Positions 9,836 through 18,973 of a DNA stretch of 64,000 bases are shown here, one piece after another. Position 1 is the stretch's first letter; each line of letters opens with the position of its first letter. The notes beneath the pieces are model-generated. The model was given only the letters and a program-made list of their open reading frames with translations. It did no database searches and was not told the DNA's origin. The stretch is from Candidatus Eiseniibacteriota bacterium (lineage in GTDB: Bacteria; Eisenbacteria; RBG-16-71-46; JABDJR01), in NCBI GenBank assembly GCA_963762255.1, contig CAVXKA010000003.1, positions 384,001-448,000 on the forward strand. Reading direction: 5' to 3'. The translations under genes were made by a program, and so were the position numbers.

Positions 9836-11578
9836 CTAATCGTCCTCGAGCGTGGAGAGGTCCCCGGTCTCCTCGCCCCATTCCAGCGCGCGCAGGTAGC
9901 GGCGCAGGATCTTGCCGGAGCGGGTCTTCGGGAGCTTCGCCTGGAACTCGATTTCCTGGGGCATGGCCAGCGGCGAGAGCTTCTTGCGGATGAAGTTCAT
10001 GATGGCCAGCTCGAGGTCCTCGGAGGGCTCGTACCCGGGGTTGAGGGTCACGAACGCCTTCACCACCTCCATGTTGACCTCGTCGGGCTTGCCGACCACG
10101 GCTGCTTCCGCCACCGCCTCGTGCTCGATCAGCGCCGACTCGATCTCGAACGGGCCGACCAGATGGCCGCCGGTATTGATGACGTCGTCGTCGCGCCCCA
10201 CGAACCAGTAGTAGCCGTCGCGGTCGATGCTGGCGCGATCGCCAGAGACGTACCAGAGGTCGGGATTGGCGCGAAGCTCGTCGGGCGTGGCCTTGGCAGG
10301 CGCGCCCACGAACTTGCTCCGGTAGGTGTCCACCATCTTCCAGTAGGTGCGGAACATGGACGGCCACCCCGGCCGGAACGCGATGAGGCCGACCTTGCCG
10401 GGATCGACGATCGGCTCGCGGCTCTTGAGATCCAGCACGGAGGCGGTGATACCGGGAAACGGTTTCCCCATCGAGCCCGGCTTGATCTTCATGCCGGGGA
10501 AGTTCGCGATCATGATGGAGCCGGTCTCGGTCTGCCAGAACGTGTCGTGGAACGGTATGCCGAACACCTTCTCGCTCCAGATCACCGCTTCCGCGTTGAG
10601 CGGTTCGCCCACCGAGGCCAGGTGGCGCAACGACGAGAGGTCGTGCTGCTTCACCACCGCGTCCCCTTCACGCATGAGCGAACGGATGGCGGTGGGCGCC
10701 GAGTACCACACGGTCACCTTGTTGTCTTGAATGAAACGGTACCAGCGGGCGGCCGTGAACCCGGAGTCGAGCACGCACTGGGTGATCCCCAGCACCCACG
10801 GGCCGATGATGCCGTAGCTCGTGCCGGTCACCCAACCCGGGTCGGCGGTGCACCAGTAGATGTCGTCGGGCTTCAAGTCCAGCACCCAGGAAGTCGTGAG
10901 CGCCTGCGACCAGATCGAGCCGTGCACGTGGACCGCGCCCTTGGGCTGGCCGGTGGTGCCGGAGGTGTAGTGGAGCACCGACGGCGTCTCGGGCCCGGTG
11001 CGCGCGGCATCGAAGCTCTCCACCGGCGACGACTCCATGTCGAAGTAGATCTCGTCGTCGCCCACCTTCGCCGGCTCGCCGTCCACCACGATCACGTGTT
11101 TGAGCGCGGGGAGCTTCTCGCGAAGCCGCCGCACCTTCTTCACGTGCTTCTGCGTGGTGAGAATCGCCGAGGTCTCGGCGTCCTTCAGCCGCACCTCCAG
11201 CGACTCCTCGCCGAACGCGGAGAACAGCGGCTGAACGACCGCGCCGAACTTGAGCACCCCGAGGAACGAGATGTAGAGGCTCGGGATGCGGTCCATGAAG
11301 ATGCAGACGCGCTCGCCGGGCTTGAGGCCCAGATCCGCGAGCAGCTTCGCGAACCCGTTCGAGTAGCGACGCAGGTCGTCGAAGGTGTAGACCTTGCGAA
11401 CGTCGCCGAACCCCTCCCAGACAAGCGCGGTCTTCTCGGCCAGCCCCCGCGCACATTGCCGGTCGGTGCACATGGCGCCGATGTTGAGGAGTTCGCCCTC
11501 CTTCCAATCCAGCACCTCGCGGGCGATCTCCCAGTTGAATCCCTTCAGCCGCTCTTCGTAGGATCTGATGTTGCTCAT
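9836..11578 (-). CDS. acsA: Acetate--CoA ligase (AMP-forming)
   Basis: Motifs HYTSGTTGQPKG, WCTADPGWVTG, SVGEPLN, DTFWQTETG, GRDDDVI and PKTRSGKILRR. Confidence 0.92.
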   Translation of the reverse strand: MSNIRSYEERLKGFNWEIAREVLDWKEGELLNIGAMCTDRQCARGLAEKTALVWEGFGDVRKVYTFDDLRRYSNGFAKLLADLGLKPGERVCIFMDRIPSLYISFLGVLKFGAVVQPLFSAFGEESLEVRLKDAETSAILTTQKHVKKVRRLREKLPALKHVIVVDGEPAKVGDDEIYFDMESSPVESFDAARTGPETPSVLHYTSGTTGQPKGAVHVHGSIWSQALTTSWVLDLKPDDIYWCTADPGWVTGTSYGIIGPWVLGITQCVLDSGFTAARWYRFIQDNKVTVWYSAPTAIRSLMREGDAVVKQHDLSSLRHLASVGEPLNAEAVIWSEKVFGIPFHDTFWQTETGSIMIANFPGMKIKPGSMGKPFPGITASVLDLKSREPIVDPGKVGLIAFRPGWPSMFRTYWKMVDTYRSKFVGAPAKATPDELRANPDLWYVSGDRASIDRDGYYWFVGRDDDVINTGGHLVGPFEIESALIEHEAVAEAAVVGKPDEVNMEVVKAFVTLNPGYEPSEDLELAIMNFIRKKLSPLAMPQEIEFQAKLPKTRSGKILRRYLRALEWGEETGDLSTLEDD

Positions 11579-11611
11579 GTCGATTTTCTCCCAGCGCGCC
11601 GAGCCTTCACC

Positions 11612-13903
11612 TCACCACCGCGACGGAGGCACGTCGGCGCGCTTCACGCCAGCTCCCCGTCCAATCACGTCCAGAATAGGAACGCCCTGCGCCGCGGGAA
11701 GGCCGGTCCGTTCCGGCCTTCCGTCGCGCAGCACCAGCCACTGCCCGAACACGGGCGCGGCCACCGCGGTCTCCGCCGCCGGGTACCATCCGGTCCAACT
11801 GTGCGAAGGGTCGAACACACCGATCAAGTCGTTGAGCACGGCGGTGGCCACCGGAAGGTCCCCCGCGCCCGTGCCCAGATACACCATCTCCCCGCCGTCC
11901 GGGGTATGGATCACCACCACGTTGTTATCGCCGCGCACGAGTCCCAAGTGGGCGTCGCGCGGCACCGCGACCGGACGGACGGTCGCGGTCATCGATCCCG
12001 GCGCTCGCGACGCCAGCGCCACGAGCTTCACGCGCAAGTCCAGAACGAGAGCGGCGCGCACGAGCCGCGGATCGAGGCCATCGATCCCCACGGTCTCGAT
12101 GTGCTGCCCGCCGTAGCGGCGCCCGGTGGCCCGCGCGAGGAGGATCGTGAGCTTCTGCGCGCTGTCCCACCCGGAGAGATCGAGTTCCGGGTCGGGTTCG
12201 GTCAGGTCGCGCGCGACGGCCTCGGCGAGCGCGTCCGCCAGGGTCGCCCCCTCCTCCATGTGCTCCAGCATCACGTTGCACGCGCTCGAGAGCATCGCGT
12301 GCAGATCCGAGACACCGCTCTGCGCCCGCGGCCGATCCAGCGCGTGGATGAGCGGCCAGCCGGCAGCGATGGAATCATGGTACGCGAGACGGGCCCCGTG
12401 GTCATAGGCCACGCGGTCGAGCGTTTCGCCGTAGTCGCGGAGCATGACCTTGTTCGGCGTGACGACATGCCTGCCGAGGCTCAGTGCCTTCTCCACCAGG
12501 GACCGTGCTCCGGAGCCCCGCGTGAGATCCACCAGGACGTCCAAGTCGGAGCGCGTCACGAGCGCGTCCGGATCGCCAGTCACCATCGTCCGCGCGAAGG
12601 CGGGATCGAGAGACTTCTCACGGTCGATCTCGGCTACGGCCACGATGTCGAGCTTGAGGCCGTTGCGCGCCGCGACCTGCGCTCTCCGCTCGTCCACCAA
12701 CTTGACGAACGACGCCGCCACGCGGCCCGCGCCCAGGATGCCGATCCGCACCGGGCGCGTCTCCCGGTCGAGCGGCGTCGGCACGGAGGGCGCTGCCTCC
12801 ATGGCCATGTCGCGCAGAATGACGTCGATCTGATCGGTGTCGATGAGGAACGCGTCGTGGCCGTTGGGCGAGCGCACCTCGGCATAGCCGACGTCGCGAC
12901 CCAGGTGGTTCAGAATGTCGGCACCCTGATGCACCTCGGCGGGCGGATAGAGATAGTCCGAGCTGATCCCGATCACGCGCACCGAACAGGTGGCGCGATT
13001 CAGAGCGCTCACCAGATCCCCGCGGCCCCGGCTCACGTCGTGCAGATCCATGGCGCGGCTTAAGAGGATGTAGGTGAAGGGATCGAAGCGCGTCGTGATG
13101 CGCTTGCCGTGCATGCGCAGCCACGACTCGACGTTGAACATGCCGCGGTCGCGGAGCAGCGGGCCGGGTTCCTGGAACCACTCGCGCCCGAACTTCTCCT
13201 CCAACCCCACCGGCGAGCGATAGCTCAGCATGCCCACGCCGCGCGCGACCATCTGCCCCACCGCGGCCACCACTTCGTTCCCGGTGATGTCGAGTTCGAT
13301 GCCGCGCCGCTGGAGCCAGTTCAATCCGATCTGGTGGGGCGTGGTGCGCAACGGCGCCGCCACGACCACCGCCCGGCCGACCATCTCCGGGGCCTCGATC
13401 GCCCACTCCCAGACGATCATGCCGCCCAGGCTCGGTCCGATCACCATCGCGAGGCGGCGGATGCCGAGCGCTTCCACGAAGAGCCGCTGCGCCCGCATCA
13501 AGTCGCGCGGCGTGAGGAGCGGGAAGCGATCCAGGTACGGCTCTCCATCGGGAGCGGGGAACCGAGGCCCCGTCGTGCCGTAGCAGCCGCCCAGCAAGTT
13601 GGGGCAGACGACGTAGTGCGTGTCGGTATCGATGGCGCGGCCGGGGCCGACGAGCTTCTCCCACCATCCCCGCGGCTGCCCGGCGAACTCGCCGGTGACA
13701 TGGCAGTCGGCGGTAAGGGGATGCACGATCAGCACGGCGTTGTCGCGCGCCGCGTTCAGCGTGCCCCATGCCTCGTAGCTCACCTGGATTTCCGGCAGCA
13801 TGCCGCCGTAGGCCGCGGTGAAAGGCTGGGGGAGCTGTACATGGAGGACCTCGCCCAGTTCGACCGTGGGCGAGGCCCACCACAGATCACGGTGATCGTT
13901 CAT
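11612..13903 (-). CDS. metX: Homoserine O-acetyltransferase fused to homoserine dehydrogenase
   Basis: N half is MetX-like (YEAWGTLN, GWWEKLVGPG, GPSLGG nucleophile elbow, GISSD, GHDAFL). C half is Hom-like (GILGAGRV, HVVTPNK, EPDPELDLSGWDSAQKLTILL, GAGDLPVATAVLNDL). Confidence 0.9.
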   Translation of the reverse strand: MNDHRDLWWASPTVELGEVLHVQLPQPFTAAYGGMLPEIQVSYEAWGTLNAARDNAVLIVHPLTADCHVTGEFAGQPRGWWEKLVGPGRAIDTDTHYVVCPNLLGGCYGTTGPRFPAPDGEPYLDRFPLLTPRDLMRAQRLFVEALGIRRLAMVIGPSLGGMIVWEWAIEAPEMVGRAVVVAAPLRTTPHQIGLNWLQRRGIELDITGNEVVAAVGQMVARGVGMLSYRSPVGLEEKFGREWFQEPGPLLRDRGMFNVESWLRMHGKRITTRFDPFTYILLSRAMDLHDVSRGRGDLVSALNRATCSVRVIGISSDYLYPPAEVHQGADILNHLGRDVGYAEVRSPNGHDAFLIDTDQIDVILRDMAMEAAPSVPTPLDRETRPVRIGILGAGRVAASFVKLVDERRAQVAARNGLKLDIVAVAEIDREKSLDPAFARTMVTGDPDALVTRSDLDVLVDLTRGSGARSLVEKALSLGRHVVTPNKVMLRDYGETLDRVAYDHGARLAYHDSIAAGWPLIHALDRPRAQSGVSDLHAMLSSACNVMLEHMEEGATLADALAEAVARDLTEPDPELDLSGWDSAQKLTILLARATGRRYGGQHIETVGIDGLDPRLVRAALVLDLRVKLVALASRAPGSMTATVRPVAVPRDAHLGLVRGDNNVVVIHTPDGGEMVYLGTGAGDLPVATAVLNDLIGVFDPSHSWTGWYPAAETAVAAPVFGQWLVLRDGRPERTGLPAAQGVPILDVIGRGAGVKRADVPPSRW

Positions 13904-13921
13904 GCGGTACCGCGGGACGCG

Positions 13922-15169
13922 CTACGTCCCGAACTTCTCGATGATCCCCTTCTTGTCCAGACCCAGGATGCCGTGCTTGGCCCCCACCTTCTTGAACGCC
14001 TCGAGGGCGGTCTTGAGGATGGGGATGTCATGGCCGGCGGAGAGCTGGGTGCGGATACGCGCCTGTCCCTGGGGGACGACCGGGAAGAAGAAGCCGACGG
14101 CGTAGACCCCTTCCGCGTAGAGATCGCGGGAGACGTCCTGGCTCAACTTCGCGTTGAAGAGCATGACCGGCACGATGGGGGTCTCCCCTTCGCGGATCAC
14201 GAAGCCGGCCTCGGTGAGGCCCTTGCGCCAGAACTGCGTGTTCTCTTCCAGGCGGTCGCGCCGTTCCGTGCTCGCCGAAAGGATCTCCAACACCTTCAGG
14301 GTGCCGGCGACGATGGGCGGCGCGATGCTGTTGCTGAAGAGGTAGGGACGGCCGCGCTGGCGGCAAAGCTCGACGATCTCCTTACGGCCGGAGACGCAGC
14401 CGCCGGATGCCCCGCCGAGGCCCTTGCCGAAGGTCGTCGTGATGACGTCCACCTTGCCCATGACCCCGAAGTGCTCGGCGGTGCCGCGGCCGGTCTTGCC
14501 GATGAAGCCGCTGGAGTGCGCTTCGTCGACGAGAACCATGGCGTTGTATTTCTCGCCCAGCGCGACAATTTCATCCATGGGCGAGAGATCGCCGTCCATG
14601 CTGAAGACGCCGTCCGTGACGATGAGCCGCGCCCGCTTGTCCTGATGCTCTTCGAGCTTCTGCTCCAGGTGGGCCATGTCGAGGTGCTTGTACGTGTCGG
14701 TCATCGCCTTGCAGAGGCGGATGCCGTCGACCAAGCTCGCGTGTACGAGGCGGTCGGAAATGATCACGTCCTCAGGGCTCAGGATGGCTTCGAAGACGCC
14801 GCCGTTGGCGTCGAAGCAGCTCGGGAAGAGGATGGTGTCTTCCGTGCCGAGGAACTTGGTGACCGCGTGCTCGAGTTCGCGGTGGATGTCCTGGGTGCCG
14901 CAGATGAAGCGGACGCTGGAGAGGCCGTAGCCGCGGGCGTCGAGGGCGGCGTGGGCGGCCTTGATGACCTCGGGGTGGCTCGAGAGCCCGAGGTAGTTGT
15001 TGGCGCAGAGGTTGATGACCGGCTTGACGCTGGCGCCGGCCGGGTACTCAACCTCGATGTGCGCCGCCTGCGGCGAGTGGATGTAGCGCTCTTCTTTGAG
15101 AAGGCCCTTCTCCTTCATGCCGGCTAGATCGGCCCGGTAGGCCTCCTTGATGTTGGTCGGGTAGGCCAT
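13922..15169 (-). CDS. kbl: Glycine C-acetyltransferase (2-amino-3-ketobutyrate CoA ligase), PLP alpha-oxoamine synthase
   Basis: Motifs NLCANNYLGL, SVRFICGTQDIH, SCFDANGG, DGVFSMDGD, TFGKGLGGASGG, RPYLFSN and ARIRTQLSA. Confidence 0.93.
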   Translation of the reverse strand: MAYPTNIKEAYRADLAGMKEKGLLKEERYIHSPQAAHIEVEYPAGASVKPVINLCANNYLGLSSHPEVIKAAHAALDARGYGLSSVRFICGTQDIHRELEHAVTKFLGTEDTILFPSCFDANGGVFEAILSPEDVIISDRLVHASLVDGIRLCKAMTDTYKHLDMAHLEQKLEEHQDKRARLIVTDGVFSMDGDLSPMDEIVALGEKYNAMVLVDEAHSSGFIGKTGRGTAEHFGVMGKVDVITTTFGKGLGGASGGCVSGRKEIVELCRQRGRPYLFSNSIAPPIVAGTLKVLEILSASTERRDRLEENTQFWRKGLTEAGFVIREGETPIVPVMLFNAKLSQDVSRDLYAEGVYAVGFFFPVVPQGQARIRTQLSAGHDIPILKTALEAFKKVGAKHGILGLDKKGIIEKFGT

Positions 15170-15170
15170 C

Positions 15171-15416
15171 TCACTTCCCCCCCTGGATCCTCTTCACGAG
15201 GGTCACGATCTTGGTCACGGTGTCGAAGGCCTCCGGGGAGGCATCCGCGTCGGGGATGGAGATGGAGTACTTCTTCTCGAGAAAGCGCTTCAGGCTCACC
15301 ATGCTGAAGCTGTCCACAATCCCGCTCGAGATGAGCGGGGTGTCCACGTCGAGCTCGATGTCGTCATCCTCATCCAGATACTCGTTGCGCACGTACGCAA
15401 GAACCACCTCTTCCAT
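15171..15416 (-). CDS. Acyl carrier protein (81 aa)
   Basis: Acidic protein MEEVVLAYVRNEYL..DTPLISSGIVDSFSMV with the DS phosphopantetheine site; AAGGAG RBS upstream. Confidence 0.88.
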   Translation of the reverse strand: MEEVVLAYVRNEYLDEDDDIELDVDTPLISSGIVDSFSMVSLKRFLEKKYSISIPDADASPEAFDTVTKIVTLVKRIQGGK

Positions 15417-15531
15417 CGACTCGCTCCTTGTGATGATGTGCGGAAAGGCAAGGGGGCGGGAAAGCCGAGGGAGTATAGCGCATCCCTGCCGAGGCCTGTG
15501 CTTGGGCAGACGGGGGTCACCCGCGGATGGG

Positions 15532-15858
15532 CTATCCCGATTCCAGGGGCCAGGTCCGGTCATTGGTCGCGTCCGGTGATGGCGATTCGGACGATGTCGG
15601 GGAGTCAAGATACGCCTTGTAGGCGGTCAGGACATGCGCCTGGACACACGACCAGAACTCAGGCGTCACCGGATGAGCCGGATCGATAAAGCGGCCATCG
15701 GGAGGGGGAGGGCGCAATCGCGGGACGAAGAGCACACCGTCCGGTTTCTCGACGATCTTCACATTCCTAACCACGAAGACACCGTCGAACACCAGGGTCG
15801 CCAGGGCCCGCACCGGACCCATCGTGACAGGCGTGAACTTGGTTTCGGTAATCTCCAC
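15532..15858 (-). CDS. spoVG: SpoVG-family nucleic-acid-binding protein
   Basis: MEITE..VRALATLVFDGVFVVRNVKIVE..LFV.P..DGRFIDPAHPVT matches the SpoVG pattern; AGGGAG RBS. Confidence 0.8.
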   Translation of the reverse strand: MEITETKFTPVTMGPVRALATLVFDGVFVVRNVKIVEKPDGVLFVPRLRPPPPDGRFIDPAHPVTPEFWSCVQAHVLTAYKAYLDSPTSSESPSPDATNDRTWPLESG

Positions 15859-16002
15859 GGGCTTCTCCCTATTGGATCTTCGCTTCGAACAACTCAGGTG
15901 GACAGAACCCTGAGGATCTCCATGACTCGAGCGAGGTCATGGTCATCATGATTTGCAGCAACGCCGGCACGAGGTCCACCGGAATATGGGGACACGATGA
16001 GA

Positions 16003-16293
16003 CTATCGGGTTTCATGGGTCTGGGTTCCATCTTCGGTCGTTACCCGCAACTGCGAATCAGACGAAGCTCGGGAGTCCACGAACGCATTGTACGCGGCCA
16101 GTACACGGGCCGTCATGATCTCCCCGAATCCAGGCGCCATGGGATACTCGGGCAAGCGCACCTCGAACTCACCGTCTGCATGCTCCAGAATCTTAACGCC
16201 CCGCCACACAAGAACGTCATCGAAAACCACGGTGGCCAAAGCTTTGAGCGGGCCATTCGCTGCGGGAATGATCTTGACGACTGTTGTCTCCAC
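16003..16293 (-). CDS. spoVG: Second SpoVG-family protein, diverged and shortened
   Basis: LKALATVVFDDVLVWRGVKILE..FEVRLP..VLAAY aligns by eye with the 15532 paralog but lacks the DxAHP segment; GGAGG RBS. Confidence 0.7.
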   Translation of the reverse strand: METTVVKIIPAANGPLKALATVVFDDVLVWRGVKILEHADGEFEVRLPEYPMAPGFGEIMTARVLAAYNAFVDSRASSDSQLRVTTEDGTQTHETR

Positions 16294-16352
16294 ACTTCCC
16301 TCCGATGAACATCACCAGGGATCCAGGAGCCGCGGCTTTGTGCCGCCAGGAT

Positions 16353-16595
16353 CTACGTGATGCGCGCCAGGTGATGGTCGTCGTGTTCGGCGACGAAGAA
16401 GGCCAGGTCCACCGCGGACATCGGTTGTTGAAGGCGCGGATGGAGCGTATTGGTCGCGAGCTGGCCCGGCGTGAAGCGCTCCGGCTTGGTGACGATACCC
16501 ATGCGCGCGGCGCGCAAGTCGGCGAGGATGGCCGGGAAGGCTTCGGCCGGGATGCCCAATTCGAACTGCCGACCGAACCGGTGGCGACGCAACAT
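16353..16595 (-). pseudogene. DinB-family remnant, internally deleted
   Basis: The C-terminal motif LHPRLQQPMSAVDLAFFVAEHDDHHLARI is joined directly to an N-terminal-like FGRQFELGIPAEAFPAIL; only 80 aa. Confidence 0.55.
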
Positions 16596-16680
16596 CGTTT
16601 CCCAACCTCCTCGCTAGCCGTTGCCGGAGGGTGCCCCTTACGGCACACGATTAGATGGAGACATCGACACGATCGACGCG

Positions 16681-18798
16681 TCACCCTGGATACTGCACCG
16701 GCACGAACTTCATGAGCATCAACCAGTCCTGCGTCTCCCCCAGCATCATCTCCTCCGCTTCGGTCAGTATTCGGCGGATCTCAGCAATACTCTCGGCATC
16801 ACCCAGTCGCTCCTGGAGCTTGCGGAGTTCGATGGCCATGTTGCGGCTCCGCTTGCCGAGCCGGGAGTACTCACGGTGACTGCGGAACCCACCGAGCGCC
16901 GCGCCGACCGCAGGCAGGATGATGGCGGCAAGCGTCAGGGCGCTGCTGAGCAGGGTTTCATGGTGCCCCTGGCGAGACACGGCCACATGAGCGGCCGCCG
17001 CCACCATCGCGAGAAGGAACACCGCGGTCCCCCATCGCTCAAGGCGCATCCCCATCCGCTCGCAATCTCTGGCCTTGCCCTCGTGATACTTGATCTGGTC
17101 GCCCACCCAGGCCTTCCCGGCGAAGTCGCGGATGGTCTCGCACGAGCCGCCGATGTGGGTTTGCCGCCGTGAAAGTCGGGTCCAGATCTCGTTGAAGGCG
17201 AGCACCATCCATTGATCGCGCTGCTCGACATCCCCCATGTACGGCGGCACGCGGAGCGTCGACACTTCGCATCCGCAGGCGGCCAGGAAGGCAGCGCACC
17301 TTATGCGCTCGGTCAGGAATCGGGTCTCGATCCAGCTCCGAAGGCTGCGACGCCGATCCGCATGGATCACGACGCCGGCGATGATCGTCAAGAGCAGGAA
17401 CTCGATCCCGAACGCCGCCATCGACAACGAGGGCATGTGGATTCCGACGGCGACCGCGGCGATCGCGAGCGGGAACAGCAGCCAGACGAGGCTGCCCGCC
17501 CTGCGGTACAGTCGCTGGCTCTTCTTGGCGAGGTACGAGGCCTTAGCGTAGTAAGGGAGGAGGTCCTTGCGGACGAGTTCCCTGTTCTCTTCCGGGAGCG
17601 TGTTCCCCTCCGCCGAGCTGAAGATATCTTTGCGGACATTCTCGACGTAGCTTTCCACCTGCTTCCGTCCCGGCGAGTATCCGTTGAAGGTGTCGAGGCG
17701 GGTGATGGACTTGGCGTTCAGGCCGTTGCCGCGCGTCACCCGGATCAGGGAGGGCGATCCGGGTTGAATGTGGATGATGGGCCGCTGCTTGCGCTCCGCG
17801 AAGGCGCGGACTGAGTCGGCGGCCATGCCGAGTGTGCCCGGAGGTTCGACGAGAACGAGCACGTCGCAGTGGTTCACGATGAAGCGACCGGCGCGTCCCG
17901 GCGGTTCTTGCGGGATCTCGCTCTCGACCTTGGCGCCAAGGACCTGATGGAGCCCATCGGCAAGCTTACGTTCCACCTCGGCGTCCGGCCTCGCGAGGAC
18001 GCTGTATACGATCGGCGTGTAGCGAGCTTCAGCGAGCTGCTTTCTCGATGGGGGGTCGAAAAGGCCCAGGATCGCGCCGGGCAGGAACGAGTCTAGCGTT
18101 TCACGCATGCCGTCCGTGGATTCGACGCCTCCTGCGGCCACGACTCCGATCCGAATCCGATAAGGCAAGGCAGGCATGAGATCCGAGTCCGGCGCGTCCG
18201 ATTTGGCGGCGAGTGCGTCCCCACCGAGAACCTCGAAGTTCTCGAAGGTCACCTTCCCCTGCTTCTCGCCGAGAGAAGTAGGCTCGTTGGTGTGGGGATT
18301 TCGATTCCCGGCATGGACCCACGCGATCGGAACGCCTCGCTCGCGCGCGAGTCGGACGATCGCTGCCGTTCCGCCTCGCCCCTGCCCCTTCTTTCCGTCC
18401 CAAACCGCAATGAGGATGTCGGATTGATCGAGGACCGCTGCGCCGGCGGCTTTGTAGGACTCCCCGCGTGTCGGCGCAGTTGGGAGCTCGATGCAGCAGG
18501 TGGCGCGGCCCAAGAGCTGCTCGAACTCCGCCCTTGATTGTGGAGAGGCGAAGTCCTTGGCGTATACGTCAGCGGGCATCGGGAGGATGGCGAGAAGCCG
18601 CGCTTCGGGGTGACGGTCGAGCACATGGGCGGCGACGACGCGATCCGCGCCTTCGGCGAGGGGCGAGACCACGACAACGGAGCTGCCGGGGGACGCGGCC
18701 TCGATACGGCGGAGAGCTTCCTCGATCCCGGCCTTGATCCTGCTCGCGTCCGCAAGAACACGGTGTCCGGTGACGCCGATGCGGACGAGGGACGCCAT
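16681..18798 (-). CDS. SLOG-like domain(s) plus C-terminal SLATT/DUF4231-like transmembrane effector
   Basis: SLOG-like motifs RIGVTGHR, SPLAEGAD and SDILIAVWDG..GRGGT, then a second degenerate copy (RIGVV..NHCDVLVLV), then two 2-TM hairpins with W..TRFLTERIR and WVGDQIKYH..ETQDW. Confidence 0.75.
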   Translation of the reverse strand: MASLVRIGVTGHRVLADASRIKAGIEEALRRIEAASPGSSVVVVSPLAEGADRVVAAHVLDRHPEARLLAILPMPADVYAKDFASPQSRAEFEQLLGRATCCIELPTAPTRGESYKAAGAAVLDQSDILIAVWDGKKGQGRGGTAAIVRLARERGVPIAWVHAGNRNPHTNEPTSLGEKQGKVTFENFEVLGGDALAAKSDAPDSDLMPALPYRIRIGVVAAGGVESTDGMRETLDSFLPGAILGLFDPPSRKQLAEARYTPIVYSVLARPDAEVERKLADGLHQVLGAKVESEIPQEPPGRAGRFIVNHCDVLVLVEPPGTLGMAADSVRAFAERKQRPIIHIQPGSPSLIRVTRGNGLNAKSITRLDTFNGYSPGRKQVESYVENVRKDIFSSAEGNTLPEENRELVRKDLLPYYAKASYLAKKSQRLYRRAGSLVWLLFPLAIAAVAVGIHMPSLSMAAFGIEFLLLTIIAGVVIHADRRRSLRSWIETRFLTERIRCAAFLAACGCEVSTLRVPPYMGDVEQRDQWMVLAFNEIWTRLSRRQTHIGGSCETIRDFAGKAWVGDQIKYHEGKARDCERMGMRLERWGTAVFLLAMVAAAAHVAVSRQGHHETLLSSALTLAAIILPAVGAALGGFRSHREYSRLGKRSRNMAIELRKLQERLGDAESIAEIRRILTEAEEMMLGETQDWLMLMKFVPVQYPG

Positions 18799-18947
18799 TA
18801 CGCCCACGTGATCCGGTAGCCGGCCCGCTTGACCATGTCTGGGAAGTGCACTACGGAGTTTCGGTCCTTCTTCTGGTCTGTTTCGGACAGCTCTGCGTAG
18901 GGCACCAGCGCCGGATGCAACTTGTTCGCATCATCGCGTTCGTCCAC
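18798..18947 (-). CDS. 49-aa RyR-repeat mini-ORF or gene remnant, not in the ORF track
   Basis: GGAGG, then GTG, gives MDERDDANKLHPALVPYAELSETDQKKDRNSVVHFPDMVKRAGYRITWA*. It is paralogous to the C-terminus of the 23303-26203 protein, and its TAA overlaps the next ATG (TAATG). Confidence 0.7.
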   Translation of the reverse strand: MDERDDANKLHPALVPYAELSETDQKKDRNSVVHFPDMVKRAGYRITWA

Positions 18948-18973
18948 CCAACTGTCCTCCTTTTCCACGTGAT

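Noticed and set aside
10121-15127. Long plus-strand ORFs (980 aa and 672 aa) and similar antisense ORFs elsewhere
   Set aside because: They are shadow ORFs opposite well-supported genes in high-GC DNA, with no recognisable motifs.
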